This document shows, piece after piece, positions 41,089 through 56,319 of a stretch of DNA of 64,000 nucleotides. Positions within the stretch are counted from its first letter, which is position 1. Every line of letters begins with the position of its first letter. The DNA is from Octopus vulgaris. Its lineage: Eukaryota. Below the pieces are notes generated by a model. The model was not told the origin of the DNA. It saw only the letters and a list, made by a program, of their open reading frames with translations, and searched no databases. The translations under genes were made by a program, and so were the position numbers. The stretch is from positions 14,446,001-14,510,000 of the forward strand of contig OX597832.1 of assembly GCA_951406725.2 (NCBI GenBank). Direction: 5' to 3'.

Positions 41089-41669
41089 AGATATAGATAT
41101 ATACCTACATGTACACATATATATATATACATGAATACCTGTATACGTATATATTTACATATATATATATATATATATACATATTATATTATATTAAATT
41201 AGAGATAAAACCACTATTAGGCAAATCATACAATGAAAAACTTAAGCTAATACATAAGATTAATTAAATTATATTATTTAAATATATATCAAAATTATTA
41301 AAAAAGATAATTAATATAACACTACGATCGTTTCATGGCTGTTCAATTCTTAAAATTTTCGAGTTACAGTCATTCTGTAATATATATATATTAGTGAGCC
41401 AATTATCCTGACTATGTGTAGTATATAAATTTAGAAGTTGCAAATATCCCTGATAAATCAAATTCCCCCATACTTTGCTCCAGATGGATTTCAGTGTATC
41501 TTGTTGCTCGAATAATAATAACGTATGAAACTGAAAATCTTCTACAGTTATCTGCTTACGTATCTTATAAAACACGGCGTATTCGGCGATATGCAATTAG
41601 TGCATGTTTACAGCCTTGTTTTCGGTATAGGCGCATCAATTACACGCTTTCACTTTTTCATACCCACAT

Positions 41670-42170
41670 ACATATTCGCCGGCTGCACGACGTCGATCAA
41701 TGTACACTGTTCTAGTTCAGTAATCGTGTCTGGCAGGTTGGCATGTGACCAAAGTGTGGAGCGGAGTCAAAGTGTTTGAAGAGGCCAGGATACCACATGC
41801 AATAGTTAAAAGAGATTTAAAGAATAATTTTATTGTCGAGAAGGTGAATCAGAATGATCTATTTGTGTGTACGGTTTGTGACAGGACATGCATTTCTTTT
41901 GATGGAATCGAATCTCAATTGCGAGCCCATGGAAAACGAACCCCCACCAACTATAGTCCCTCTATGTCTGTGCACATCTTTCAGGTGTGCAAATCAAACG
42001 GAGGCCTCACAAGGCATTTTAAGATCCACGAAGTTCAGAACTTAACCGCAGCTCGTAGTGGCCCAAATCGATTATGCAATTGTCTTGTTTAAAAAAGCCT
42101 CACCAGATAGCAAGATGGTTGTAAGGTGTAGTACAGGAGGTGGTAAAACTCTGCATTAAGGGTAGAAAAG
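41670..42170 (+). mobile_element. RTE-clade LINE ORF2 C-terminus with two degenerate C2H2 fingers
   Basis: VWSGVKVFEEAR...KR...FVCTVCDRTCISFDGIESQLRAH...CKSNGGLTRHFKIH. Confidence 0.75.
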
Positions 42171-42215
42171 AACGATCTATATATGTGCAAATGTATACAT
42201 ACATATATACATACA

Positions 42216-42256
<41 letters not shown>

Positions 42257-42281
42257 GTTTAAATATTTGTTGTGCAAGATT

Positions 42282-42379
<98 letters not shown>

Positions 42380-42965
42380 CTGTATATATCTGTATATGTA
42401 TGCACGCATGTATATATACATTTATGCGTGTGTGCATGCATATATACACACCTGTATATGTATGCATGTAATATACATTAATTCTTCTCCTACAACATTT
42501 CCTAACACGAATCTGCTTATTCAGGATGGATTACGCATATTTCTAATCGGATTATATAGGTCACCATATCTCTTGGTTATTGTCATCGAATATCCATATC
42601 ATTTCTTTTTTTTTTACCTGTCATAAAATTCTAATGTAAAATTTCTTTTCAAATTGCACTAGCTTCGTGGTACACATGTATATACGAACACGTATCATTG
42701 TTACACATGATCATTTGTTTAGGAAAAAAAAAAAAACGAGGGTTTTTGTTATATTTAGAAAAATGCAACGTTGCAATTTAATGGTCTTCACACAAAAATT
42801 ATATGCTCGTATAATAGTGTTTACTCAAGTCATCTATCTCGTAATGTTTCTTTGTTCGTTCATGTATACTACATGCAAAAGAGGATTATATATATATATA
42901 TATATATGTGTGTGTGCGAGTGTGTATGTATGTGCTTGTGGGTGTATACACACATATATATTAAA

Positions 42966-43453
<488 letters not shown>

Positions 43454-43559
43454 GTGTGTGTGTGTGTGTGTGCGTGTGTGTGTACAAAAACACACGCACA
43501 CACATATATATATGTATATATGCAATACAAATGCGTTTAATGTCGTTTAATATGCGCTG

Positions 43560-44030
43560 TTTCCATCGATCAAGATGTATTATTTTTCTGTTGAGTGTTT
43601 GATTTTACCGGGCCCCTTTCCTTCCAGATTGCTTCCCATATAGACTGTTTCTATGTACAGTCGACGTGTTAGTGCCTTGTTAACCAAATGTTTTTCTCTT
43701 TCGATTATTTTTCCATTGTCAATTTTCAACATTTAAGTTGAAATCTCCCAACAATATAGTGAAAGAGAATTTGTGAGCTAACGCTTTATTTAAAACTTTG
43801 AAGAATTCTTCCACTTCATCGTCATAGCTATCATTTATGAAAGCATATACTTGGATGAACTTAGTTTTTGAGAGACGTATTTTCAGCACTCCAGCGTGTC
43901 AAGATGCAATTTTCGAAGCTTATTCTTTGTATAGTATGAACCCAATACCAGTGTTGAACTCATACTTTCCGGCTTTCCCAGCCTCACGACACTTCCACTT
44001 TTCAATCACACGTACATTCCATTCTTTTGG
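43560..44030 (-). mobile_element. AP-endonuclease (APE) domain fragment of an RTE-like LINE
   Basis: TGIGFILYKE...KFIQVYAF.NDSYDDEVEEFFKVL...TILLGDFN. Confidence 0.85.
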
Positions 44031-44256
44031 TGTAGAATAAAGAGGCTTTATTACAAATGACTACAATTATTTCGGTGTACAAATATCAGCTGCTAATTGG
44101 TGAACGTTACATGTAATAAATACCTTCTTACATTAATGTGACTGGAAAATAGCTATAGAAATGCACGACGTTAGGCGCGTAGGGTACAAAACAGGATATA
44201 ATATAATATAAAATAAAATAAAATAATATAATATAGTATAATATAATATGTATATA

Positions 44257-44315
<59 letters not shown>

Positions 44316-44318
<3 letters not shown>

Positions 44319-44380
44319 TCAGGGTGAATACTTGATAACTATAAGCATCTGTATATGCCAGCTAGTGGTGTAGATGATAT
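44316..44380 (-). repeat. Isolated 3'-terminal fragment of the 23099-24684 family between (TA)n tracts
   Basis: attcagggtgaatacttgataactataagcatctgtatatgcc ~ reverse complement of 24620-24684. Confidence 0.7.
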
Positions 44381-44406
44381 CCTGTTTTTCTTTTGATAAA
44401 TATATC

Positions 44407-44446
<40 letters not shown>

Positions 44447-46029
44447 TCATCGTACAACCCACAAACCCATACAATACACATATTTATGTGTATTTGCTGT
44501 GTATTATATGGGTTTGTGGGTGTTACGATGTGCGTGTGTGTATGTGTGTATATGTATTGCCACCTGTGTATTAATATTTGAGACTTATCTAGATGAATGT
44601 TTTTTTACTCCCTCCGTAGTTTATAGAGTTTCTGTCTTATCTGGATTGTTTCTTTGACTGTAAACGAGATAAGGAAATTCCGCAAGTAATCTGGGCACGC
44701 TTTAAAATCTCTCCATCAAACTGATATATGGCATTTATGTAGAATCGACATATCAACTAGGATGCTTCACATCATTTCTCTAAGTAAGCTAATCTACCCA
44801 AAATCTAAACAACCACTTTTGAAAAATGACTTATTAGACATTACAGTACCATATGACCCATACTTGATGGGCTCACAATCATTGAATTCTCATTGAAGTC
44901 GTTTGATCATCAGTTAACGTTTACTGACCCATAGTGAGGATATTTAAGAAGCCATAAATAATGATTTGTAAAGGGATGCAACTGACTATACAGATCGCTC
45001 TTTAGGAATGCATGAAACTGTACGATCCTTTGTGAAAAATGTCTTTGTCCTTGTCAAACTCCAAATCATGTTATGCTGTGAGTGCGTGTTTTTGTATGTG
45101 TGCATGCCATTGTGTGTATGTTTGTGTGTTGTGTGTGTGTGTGCGCGTGTGTGTGTGTGTGTGAGAGAGTGAGAGAGGTTGTGTGTGAAAGTGTATGAAT
45201 CGTTTCGTGTATGCATCTGCGTAATAACTGTTGTCGTAATTACACTCTTTGGAATTTATATAACGGTGACGGGGGTAACTTAATTAAAAATACAGAAATC
45301 TCAGAAGCAAATTTACCCGAATTCCGAAAGGACATCAACAAAATTCCTATGCAGAGAGTGTATAATAAAAAGTGGCAATGAAGGTACCAAATGTGGTTGA
45401 TATGTTACAGAAAATAAGTCTGAAGAAATACTACATTGGCACAAATCATGTTTATTAGACAACACAATAGATATTCTGATCATGTAGACACAGACTTTAA
45501 TGGAGAACAAAGGACATATTTAAACATATCCTATAGCAATGAAACTGATTTGCATATTTTCAACTTAAATGTACATTTGTATTTCTGGTGGTATTCTACC
45601 TAATATGATGAGTGGAAATCCGTGTTTATTAATTAAAATAATACTCGATGACAGATTAATTTAATCAGAAGAGCAATAGATAATTTTGATCAAGAAATGC
45701 GTAGGAGACACTTTCGATTTTTAAATTACTTGGAATTAATTAGTTAATTGGAGTTTGTACTTGGAGTAGAAAGTTGTGCTATTTTGGTTGCACTATATAA
45801 ATGTCCATGCATAATCTGTCTTAAGAGATATCTGGAGAAAATCAGAGTAAATAGAATTAATAGTACAAGGACGTTTCTATTATAAATTGCTTCTATATAA
45901 ACTGATTTGTTACAAATTTTAAAATCATATGAAAATATATTATACTTCATTTACTCGTATCACTATATGCATACACACACACAAATAAATCTGTATATAT
46001 GTATTCACACACACACACACACACACACA

Positions 46030-46069
<40 letters not shown>

Positions 46070-46379
46070 TACGTATATATAGACATATAGATGTACATGT
46101 GTATGTGTATACGTATGTTTACCTATGTGATCCAGCATGAACGCAGCTGTATGACTGAAACAGATCCTCTTTTTGACTCGAAGCGATGCACGAAAAAATG
46201 CCCTCTTTTTTACCACCTTTACTGTGAGTCAAATGGCTACATGGATTTCCTTACTCTACCATTGGATTACGTTACCTTTGAATTCCTTCCTGAGTAAGTC
46301 GTTTTTGAACCTTTGATTCCACACACACACACACATATACAGAGTGAGACTGTGGTGAGAGAGGAAGGTACAGACAGAT

Positions 46380-46655
46380 AGATAGGGAGACGTTGACCGC
46401 CTTCTCTCTATCACTCATTATCTGCCACTCTCTCCTCTCTCTCTCTTTCTCATACAGATACAACAGAAAAAGGAAGAAAGAGTAGAAGCTGTGATGAAAG
46501 TGTACAGCAGGGTTCGTCACCACCCCCTGCCGGAGTCCCGTGGAGCGTTAGATGCTTTTGTTCAATAAATAATCACAACGTCCAGGCTGTGAATAGAAAC
46601 CGCGATCTTACGACCACAAGTCAGCTGCCCAAACCACTGGGCTATTGCACCTCCG
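46380..46655 (-). mobile_element. Diverged tRNA-derived SINE (27700 family)
   Basis: Minus head gaggtgcaatagcccagtggtttgggcagctgact...gatcgcggtttc, then ctccggcag. Confidence 0.55.
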
Positions 46656-47539
46656 TTACGTATATATATTCCATATACATCTCAAATTTGGCATCATACC
46701 AATATAAGTCAGACGCATGCATGCCTTATTTCTCCTGATACACATGGTCATATAGTTATAGCGCATAACAAACAGTGTACAAGCCAAAATACGTATGTGC
46801 GAACAAAGTTCATTCCATTACACATTGAACGGCTAATTATGCATGTAAATTGACTCATGTAACATTTAAAAAATATTATTGACTAAAACTAATTTTATGA
46901 CAGTCATGCTTTGATAAATACTATTCCAAAGAGATATCAATGAAGATAGTTCAGTAATTTAAAAGTAATCGGCCATGACTGTTTCAGAGGAAGTAATATG
47001 GTTTTTAAATAAATATCAAACTGACGAACGATTAGTATATGTTGAATAAATGTATGATTTCTTAAATTTTACCTTGCGTGTTAAAATGACATTTAAAATA
47101 TATAAATGTAGAAAATATTGGAATTATATAAGGTATTAACGTATTAAATTAATAGAAATGAAATATTAAATATATCTCATATCGGATTCTCTTTAATATA
47201 TGAAAAATATTTTTCTTCGGTGTTAAATAACGCGTGAAAATAAGATCAAAGATAGCAATATTTCACACGTCATTATTGAATGAAGAAAACAAAATAATAT
47301 TTCATAAATAATGTATCTGGTCGCTGATCTATGACTTTATCTTTCACGAGGAAGCAGAACGAGACTTGATGAAAGAATCACACTTATATATATTGAAAAT
47401 GAATAGATGTCATACGCACTTGTTACCGTATTACGACAAATCCGTAAGGAAGACATGTTTGAATCAACCGATTTGTTAGAAATAGGCATCGAATATTATT
47501 AAAATCAAACATAATATCGAAGAAAAAATTCGTATTTAT

Positions 47540-47818
47540 GTACCATTTCTCCGCATTTTTCCGTCCTACGCTTCGTATACATTCGCTGCATTCTTCCAAG
47601 CAATCTACTACACTTAGCTCAGCCTTTCCATGGGGCTGGACAGATTGCAGCAGTCTCGAGTATAACCAAACCGAAACTGGAAAGATAATCTGGAACTCGA
47701 CTGACGAAAGAAAACTCCGAATGATCCGTACTTGTTTTTTCATGTCCCTTTTTATATCATTCAACTGCCTGGATGTGTTGTTGTCGCCTTTGCGTTCTTG
47801 TCCCACTTTTTGTATTCG

Positions 47819-47820
<2 letters not shown>
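47540..47820 (+). mobile_element. Short repeat family copy with CUGACGA motif, 3' end abutting (TA)n
   Basis: Homologous to 17457-17568 and inverted relative to 49238-49530. Confidence 0.65.
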
Positions 47821-47868
<48 letters not shown>

Positions 47869-47878
47869 GTGTGTGTGC

Positions 47879-47945
<67 letters not shown>

Positions 47946-48944
47946 TATATACACGCACACATGAAACAATTTCTATCATCAGAGGAGAATTAAAATATAT
48001 TTATATTAGGAATTCACAACAATTACAGATGTAGTGTAAGATGTATTCGAACTAGTTGTAAGATTAATCTGTAAAATAAAAAGACTCACAGAAATATAGC
48101 AAGTACAATCATCATTAAAATGAAACATCCAACACATATACAGTTTAGTAAAGAATCTGTGACGTTTAAAATGAGTCAATAATTACCATTGTGAAAGTCT
48201 CTACAAAATAACGCAATAGCAAACATCGAATGTTACAATGCGAAAGTAATATAAAATATTTCATATAAATATGAGTGTTCTAAACTTGCTTACTGGAATC
48301 TGTCCATCAGGTACACGCAAGTTTATTATCCATTAAAATTCCATTTAAATGTAGACGCAACTATTACTTATTGTGTTATATAAAACGATACAAAATATGA
48401 AATTAATGTTAGCTGATGGAAATAATCGTATCTCCAGAATGCAATAAAACAGCTAGATATTTATATAGGGAAACCTTCTCAATAGGAAAATAACAAGATA
48501 TACAAAACGTGACATTCAAAAACATGTATGCCCACAAACATGAATTAAATTTTGATAAAAGTTAAATCGTGGTATGGTCGTTTTATGGTAAACATTATCC
48601 GGACGTTATATTGAGACTTATGATAATAAATTAAGAAATAAATAGCTAAAATCGAAAAAAGAAAAAAAAATGCGTCTCCATACAACTCAACTATCACAAT
48701 GAGTTCAAAGGATTATTGTAAACATAAGTTGAAACGTTATAGCAAGTATAGATTTTGTTATTATATACTAATAAAGCTAAGTGAAAACAGTATCTCCAAG
48801 AAAATTTGAAACTCGAATAGTAATGAAGTTTGTTTGAAAGGAAATATAAGCCCGATATACAGACAGTTATATAAATACTAATGACCAACTCCCACACATG
48901 CCCTCATATGCACTAGCTCCTTCTATGTATGTATATCTCTGTAC

Positions 48945-49125
48945 GTGCATATGGCTTAGTGGTTAGGGTAAGGCACTCACGATTGCAAGAACGTGGTTTC
49001 GATTTCCAGACTGGGTGTTGCATTGTGTTCTTGAGCAGAGCTCATCATTTCACATTACTTTGCCATTATTTCGCTACATGAGAAGCGGCACAACGTGCAC
49101 CTGTACAGGTACGGTCAATGTACCC
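48945..49125 (+). mobile_element. tRNA-derived SINE head
   Basis: A-box tggcttagtggttagg, B-box gtttcgatttcc, tgtgttcttgagcag. Confidence 0.7.
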
Positions 49126-49185
49126 AAATATATTTAATATATATATATATACTTACATACAACCGAGCAAAGTGTACGTACGCCG

Positions 49186-49237
<52 letters not shown>

Positions 49238-49240
<3 letters not shown>

Positions 49241-49900
49241 AAATGGGAAAGAACGCAAAACATCCGGACAACTAGGTGATACAAAAAAGGACAACAAAAC
49301 ATCCAGATAGACGATACAATAAAAAAAACAAGAACGTGTCATTCGAAGCTTTCTATCCTCAGTCAAAAACCGGAAAATCTTCGCAATTTCAGCTGATTAA
49401 TTTTGAGATTACTCCAATCTGGGCAGCCCCAGGGAAAAACTAAGCTAAGGGCATTAGATTCCTTGGAAGAAAGCATCGAATATATACAAAAACAAGGACG
49501 GAAAAACAGACAATGTTACACAAATATAAATTCAATATAAAAACAATAAAAATAAACAAGAAATAATGAAGTAATAACGGCGTAACAACAAGTGTCTTTC
49601 GACTGGGGATGAATTGAATTAAGCTGGCGTGAGTGGAAATGAAGTCTTACGGCAGAGATACAAACATATCACAAACACAGGGTAGAATATCGATGTTGCA
49701 CGGAAGACGGTCAGACACAGAGTGAGCGAGCAGTAGACCGATCGGTCACGTGGGAAGGGAAGAGAGAGAGAAATAGAAGCAGAGGAACAAAAAATGGAAG
49801 CGTGGGATGGGAGAGAGTTGTAGAAGCAGATGGACAGAAGAATTAAGGAGGGGTGAGAAAAAATGACAGGGACATAGTGAAGTGAAAAGTGGATGGAAAG
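49238..49900 (-). mobile_element. Longer copy of the 17457/47540 repeat family
   Basis: Reverse complement contains gaCTGAGGAtagaaagcttcGAATgac and ttttgcgttct; far boundary uncertain. Confidence 0.6.
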
Positions 49901-50000
49901 TAAGAAGAGAAGGCAGTATTCAATGAAATTCCAACATTGTCTGATTTTCGCGTTTTATTTACATTCTTATAATAATATATTCTTTTATTATTTAATTTTT

Positions 50001-50210
50001 TTATTTGTTTCATTCATTTGACTGCGGCCATGCTGGAGCACCGCCTTTAGTTGAGTAAATCGACCTCAGGACTTATTCTTTGTAAGCCTAGTACTTATTC
50101 TATCGGTCTCTCTTGTCGAAACGTTAGGTGACGGGGACGTAAGCACACCAGCATCGGTTGTCAAGCGCTGTTGAGGTGACAAACACACACACAAACATGT
50201 AGACAGAGAG

Positions 50211-50277
<67 letters not shown>

Positions 50278-50619
50278 TACGACAGGCTTCTGTCAGTTTC
50301 CATCTACCAAATCCACTCACAAGGCTTTGGTCGGCCCGAGGCAAAGTAAAAGACACTTACCCAAGTTTCTACGCAATGGGAATGAACCTGGAACCATGTG
50401 GTTGGTAAGCAATCTACTTACCACACAGCCACTTCTGCGCCTATAAAGAATATATATACACAACAGGCTTCTTTCAGTTTCCATCTACTAAATCTACAAA
50501 TGAAGCTTTGGTTGACATGAGGTTATAGCGGAAGGCACTGGCCCAAGGTGCCTCTCAGTGGGACTGAACCTGGAACCATGTGGTTGGCAAGAAAACTACT
50601 TACCGCACAACAACTCCTG
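50001..50619 (-). mobile_element. OK-like SINE (50001-50442) plus adjacent 5'-half copy (50453-50619)
   Basis: Colinear with other OK-like copies; internal (CA)n(TA)n. Confidence 0.85.
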
Positions 50620-50644
50620 AGATAGTATAATATAATATAATATA

Positions 50645-51705
50645 ATGAAAAGGTAGAATATTAGATGTCCATTCTGATTGAACTGGATCTTTCACGCATT
50701 GAACTAATCAATCTTCAGGTTCGTGTAGAAGTGGTGGCCGTTATGTTTTACCATTTTCATCTGTAGTGAAATGGCTAAACTGTGTGCCTTAAATACATTT
50801 GTAAAGGCTCCAGAAAGTTATTTGCCGCAAATAGCATCCTGACAAATCAGGGTGTGGTTTTACTAATTCTTTAAGTCGATTGGCGTCACGGTTTGTTGAA
50901 CATGTCAAGAGACCTGTATTTTGACCTTGGTCAAAGCAGTAATTTTTTAGCTATTTTTAGAAATGTTGTAAACATCATTTTGCAGGGATTTTTACGTTTC
51001 ACATATCATCATCGCATTTATCATCTTTCTTATTATTGCTGTTGTTGTTGGTGATGGTAGTGGTGGTTATGAGAGTAACTGTGGTAATAAAAGTTTAAGC
51101 CCCCAAATAAGATTATTTTGCTGAGTTTTCGCTTGACTTAGCAAGTATTTTCCTGCCTTTGTTATCATAAGCACCTTTAGTATTGTTGTTAGTAGTAGTG
51201 GTCGTAGTCGTAGAAATAGTACCTTTTAGTACTATTATTGTTATTGTTAACTTAGCTTGGGTCGGAATATATTAATAAAATTCTTTTCTCACCACCACAA
51301 AGATCTACATCAACAGCAAATACAATAATGATAGAGGTGATGATAATTGTGATGATGATAATTAAAATGTAAAAAATCGCTAGGAAATGGTGTTTACAAC
51401 ATTTCTAAAAATAGCTCCACAATTAATGCCTTGACCAGGATTACAATACAGGCCGAAACCAAACACCAATCAACTTAAATAATTTATTAAAACCACACTC
51501 TGGTTGGTCAGAAAACAGTTTGCAAAAATTAGCATTCTGGAGCATATACAAATGCATTTAAGGCATACAGTCTGGCTATCTCATTATGGATGGAAATTGT
51601 AAAACATAACTGCCACCACTTCCACACGAACCTGAAGATTGCATAGTTTAATGCGTGAAAGTTCTTGCTCATTCAGAATGGACATTTAATTTACTATCAT
51701 TTCAA
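50645..51705. mobile_element. Old fold-back element: ~350-bp diverged inverted arms (50645-51000 / 51363-51705) with decayed hammerhead-like motif
   Basis: Arms are reverse complements (e.g. agctatttttagaaatgttgtaaaca / tgtttacaacatttctaaaaatagct); gaacCTGAAGAttgcat...atgcgtGAAAgttcttgcTCattc at 51628-51674. Confidence 0.7.
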
Positions 51706-52204
51706 TAGATTATATTATCCTATACTATATTATTATAAGATTGTAGATAAAAAGCGAAAATCAAAGTTGGAATTTCATTGAGCAATATTAGAGAGAGAGA
51801 GGGGAGAGAAAGAGAGGCAGACAGAGGTACCTACATACATATATATGCACAAGCATACGCTCACGAACGCACACGGACACAGACGAGCACACATATACTG
51901 CTCTATCGATAACACTATAGATACATATAAATCTATGCATACATACAAATGCATATACATATTGTGTATGTGTCTGATCTTCAGTATGCTGTTGGACGTT
52001 GGGCTGAGTGTCTATATGTGTTAACCTTCTTGAAGTTTCTTTATATAATGTTCTAATGTTTGATCGAATCAGATTGCTTTTGGCTTGAATCAAATGAATT
52101 TAAATTTATATTTGAAACAACAGCATTCTTAATCACTATATTTCCATTTGAATATGTCACTACCGCGGAACGTTAAATATTGCGTTTTGCTTTTATGGTT
52201 ACTA

Positions 52205-52345
52205 TTAGGTTGTCCCAAAAGTTCGTAAACACTTGCGAAAATTGAATTTTTACTCGCCAAGTACTAACAAAAACAACAAAAATTATTCCTCAAAATAAAG
52301 ACCATTATTTTCCAAGACTTTCTACGAACTTTTGGGACAACCTTA
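52205..52345. mobile_element. Mariner-type MITE (~141 bp)
   Basis: 23-bp TIRs ttaggttgtcccaaaagttcgta / tacgaacttttgggacaacctta; TA on both sides. Confidence 0.9.
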
Positions 52346-54225
52346 TATTATCAATATTGTTTATATGTCGTCGCTTCCCATGGTAATTATTTGTTAATAT
52401 TATCACCAGACGTCGTAGTTATATTTGGGAAATATTTCTTCATATGCCTAAACGTTTATGATATTCAGTAAATTATTTCGATACGTAGTTCTTATACACT
52501 AATGGTCTAAACGCTAAATTATAACACAAATTATTTAAAGCATTTAAATTACATTTCTTAAATGATTCTCTATACTATAATTCAGCGTATCTTTAACCTC
52601 TCTGTTTAATACTAGATTTGAAACCATATCTCAGAAGTTTATCTTTCATGGACGAATCTGCGCTAATATAGTTAGCTTTTGAGGTGAACAAAATCGTTGA
52701 TAATTGCACGTGAATATGTTAAGTGGAGAACAATCACAGTCAGGAATTACTTTAATCTAATATCAAACTTTTCAAGAAAAATATTCTGTTTTTTCAATGG
52801 TAAAAGCTCATCGAAATAAATGCCAGATATTTTAAACTTATAAACGAGATGTTATTATGTCATTAACATTTAAAAAAACCAATTTTTTGTATTATAGAGA
52901 TTTTATATCGAAATAACAGCTTTAATCCTGGAAAATATACTTCGGGAAAAGAAGATGCATCGAAATATATACTACATCAATAGTCAAAACATTGGAGCCT
53001 CTGAAGTGTAACGTGACAGTGATCATTTAATTTCGCTAGAGGTGGCAGTCTTCGAATTATCATATTATAATATAGCCTTTCATAAAAAAAAACAAATATA
53101 TAAAATAAAAATGTTGTTTCTCAAGACCAGATTTACTTATGGCTAGGAAAAATATGATTAATTATAGCTAATCATATGCTTGCTTATCCCAAGTGAAGTA
53201 AGTCAGAAAGACCAAGACAGCAGAATGTTATAAATTATACTATTGAAGTATTACATAGTAGATGAAACACATTCGCCATGGAAAAACCACACAAAAATAT
53301 TAATTTCATATTACCCTACATTATTCGATGCTTGTTAGCAAAACCTATTTGATGCGAGCAAAATATTGACACCCAATAATAAAAGTTTAAAGGATAACAG
53401 CCTATGTGTGTTTTATCATGGTTATTATATACTTGTATTTTCAACAATATATTTGTAGTTTTCACAAATGGTTTTATATCATATCAGTTACCACACAAAT
53501 ATGTTGTGAAGTATCATACATTACTTACATTGTGTTTAAGAATATCCTAATATATTAAATCTGCAATAAAGAGAATATATTGAAGGTCTTTCGCAGGGTA
53601 AGGAAATTGGCAACGTGCTCGATGTTGTGAAGAGTTGGTAACATGTATTTTTAATGTCTTGCACTTCAATGGAGAAGAAGAAAATCACATCAATTACTTC
53701 TTCGTCATCAGAGAGGAAAATAAAAGGAAATTTTGTTGACCTGTGTTAAATTTATGTTATAGGGCCCAAAACGTCATTGGGTAATGCATATTTATTCAAC
53801 TGTATGCATCGATTCCGAAAAGAATCAGCATGAAAACAAAAACACGAATGAGTATTTTGTATGCTATATGCTTAAAATTGATGATGTAACGAAAAACTAT
53901 GGCTGGCCAAGTTCGATGATGAAGGGATTTGGATTTCTAGTTTGTGAACAAAAACGCGAGGGAATATTCATGAATCACTAAAGGTTGGCTAAGAAAAATT
54001 TCATGTTGAGATGTTTCTCTATCACTAACTCTCAAACTATAACTCACGATATGCATTTGTGTACATGTGTGTGTAAGTACATCATTGTGTGTGTGTGCGC
54101 GTGCATGTGCGTATGGGAGTGAATGTGTACGTGTGTGTGAGTGTATGTGTTTGCGTATGCGTGTGTGAAAGAGAGTATGTGTGCGTGTGTTTATTCGAAT
54201 GATTTATTATAAGAGTATGTATGTG

Positions 54226-54412
54226 CAGTGCTGGACTTATGACAAATGAGGCCATGAGCTTGTTAGTTTATGATGCTCCTTATTTAGACTGTGAAGCATA
54301 CATACTCATAAAGTTAATCCTAAAATAAACTGTACGCAGAAAAATGGCCCGCTGCTGGACAATAGGGCCCTGTACTTCAGCACATCAAAGCACAATGGTA
54401 AATCCACCACTG
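54226..54412. mobile_element. hAT-type MITE
   Basis: TIRs cagtgctggactta / taaatccaccactg; 8-bp TSD tgtatgtg / ggtatgtg. Confidence 0.75.
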
Positions 54413-54699
54413 GGTATGTGCATGTTTACGATAGATTAAAAAGAGTAATTGTAAAATAAAAATAAATAAATAAACTGCAGAAGCTAGATAATTATAAATA
54501 TACCAATCATGTATCATTAATCTTGTTTCAGAAATGTAGCTTCAATCTTTATAAGAGGCAATAACAGTAATAACTTACAGTATTAGAATTTTCTCTATCA
54601 GTAAAAATTTCTTTACTCCAGCATAGTTTCCAAAGAAGCGCCAGAGAACGTGTAGATGACGATAGCGTGTGTCGCTATATGAATGCACTGTTTATAGCA

Positions 54700-54736
<37 letters not shown>

Positions 54737-54812
54737 CACACACAAACACACACACTCACACATATACGCATATACGCACATATCAATGTATATTTCTCAG
54801 TGTGTATGTATG

Positions 54813-54923
<111 letters not shown>

Positions 54924-55065
54924 GTATTTATTTGTAGGTGTATTAGTCACATACATATGTATAGATATACATATATGCATACATGCACACACACAGACAC
55001 ACAGAGACAAAGACAAAGATACACAAACATACATATGTATGTACAAAAACAACGCACGCACTTAT

Positions 55066-55141
<76 letters not shown>

Positions 55142-55750
55142 AAAATTATTAGAATATTTCAAAACGGAATACATATTTAAAAATATACATCACTTCTCAG
55201 AGTAAAAAAACAAGCTCATGTTATACGTGTTAGAAACTATTCTTTTATAAATATCATATGAAGTTTGTAAACGAATAACCATAAATTTTATAATAATCTG
55301 AAAAATCTAAATAACACTATCGCAAATTTAATTTTCAGTTAAAAAAATACAATACGAGTTATGAAGCACGTAAACTGCATTTGCACATCTGCAATGTTTA
55401 AATAAACATTTAGTATTTCCTGCTAATTAGATTAAAAAGAATTACAAATGATTTCATCGACTTAGACATTAATTAATTTATCGGAATTATTTCAAACAGA
55501 AAAGAAAATCATACATCACATAGCTTATCTGTTAACATTTGTAAGGATATATAACTGAGTGTCTCACTGTGTGCACGTATGTATGTATGCGCGTGTATGT
55601 ATGTGTTTGTTCGTGTGTCTGTCTGTGCGTCTATATACAAATGTGATTGCAGGTTTCAGTCCACGCATGTATGTGATTATATAAAATGTACACATGCATC
55701 TATGCAAAGTACAGGTTTTCATAGACACGCACAGGCACAGGAACACCCAC

Positions 55751-55790
<40 letters not shown>

Positions 55791-55796
55791 ACATAT

Positions 55797-55829
<33 letters not shown>

Positions 55830-55891
55830 AGTATGTATTTGTGTGTGTGCGTGTGTGCGTACGTTTGTGTTCGCATGTGTGTGTATGTGTA

Positions 55892-56285
55892 TTACTCTTT
55901 TACTTGTTTCAGTCATTTGACTACGGCCATGCTGGAGCACCGCCTTTAGTCGAGCAAATCGACCCCGGGACTTTTTCTTTGTAAGCCCAGTACTTATTCT
56001 ATCGGTCCCTTTGCCGAACTGCTAAGTGACGGGGACGTAAACACACCAGCATCGGTTGTCAAGCAATGCTAGGGGGACAAACACAGACACACAAACACAC
56101 ACACACATATATATATACATATATATACATATATACGACAGGCTTCTTTCAGTTTCCGTCTACCAAATCCACTCACGAGGCATTGGTCGGCCCGGGGCTA
56201 TAGCAGAAGACACTTGCCCAAGATGCCACGCAGTGGGACTGAACCCGGAACCATGTGGTTGGTTAGCATGCTACTTACCACACAG
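55892..56285 (-). mobile_element. OK-like SINE
   Basis: Colinear with other copies. Confidence 0.9.
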
Positions 56286-56319
56286 TCAAATTATATTTAT
56301 ATATATAAATGTTCACGTT

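Noticed and set aside
41320-41385. Partial hammerhead on minus (atgactgt...acagccat-GAAA-cga-UC)
   Set aside because: Stem II and GAAA are present but the CUGANGA core is lost at a (TA)n junction; kept only as weak support for the window-wide pattern.
41745-42092. Host C2H2 zinc-finger gene
   Set aside because: The fingers are degenerate and preceded by the GVxxFExxR...KR signature of RTE LINE ORF2 ends.
46131-46300. Candidate exon ending at gtaagt
   Set aside because: Its start (tccagcatgaacgcag...atgactgaaaca) is a SINE tail remnant and the peptide is unrecognisable.
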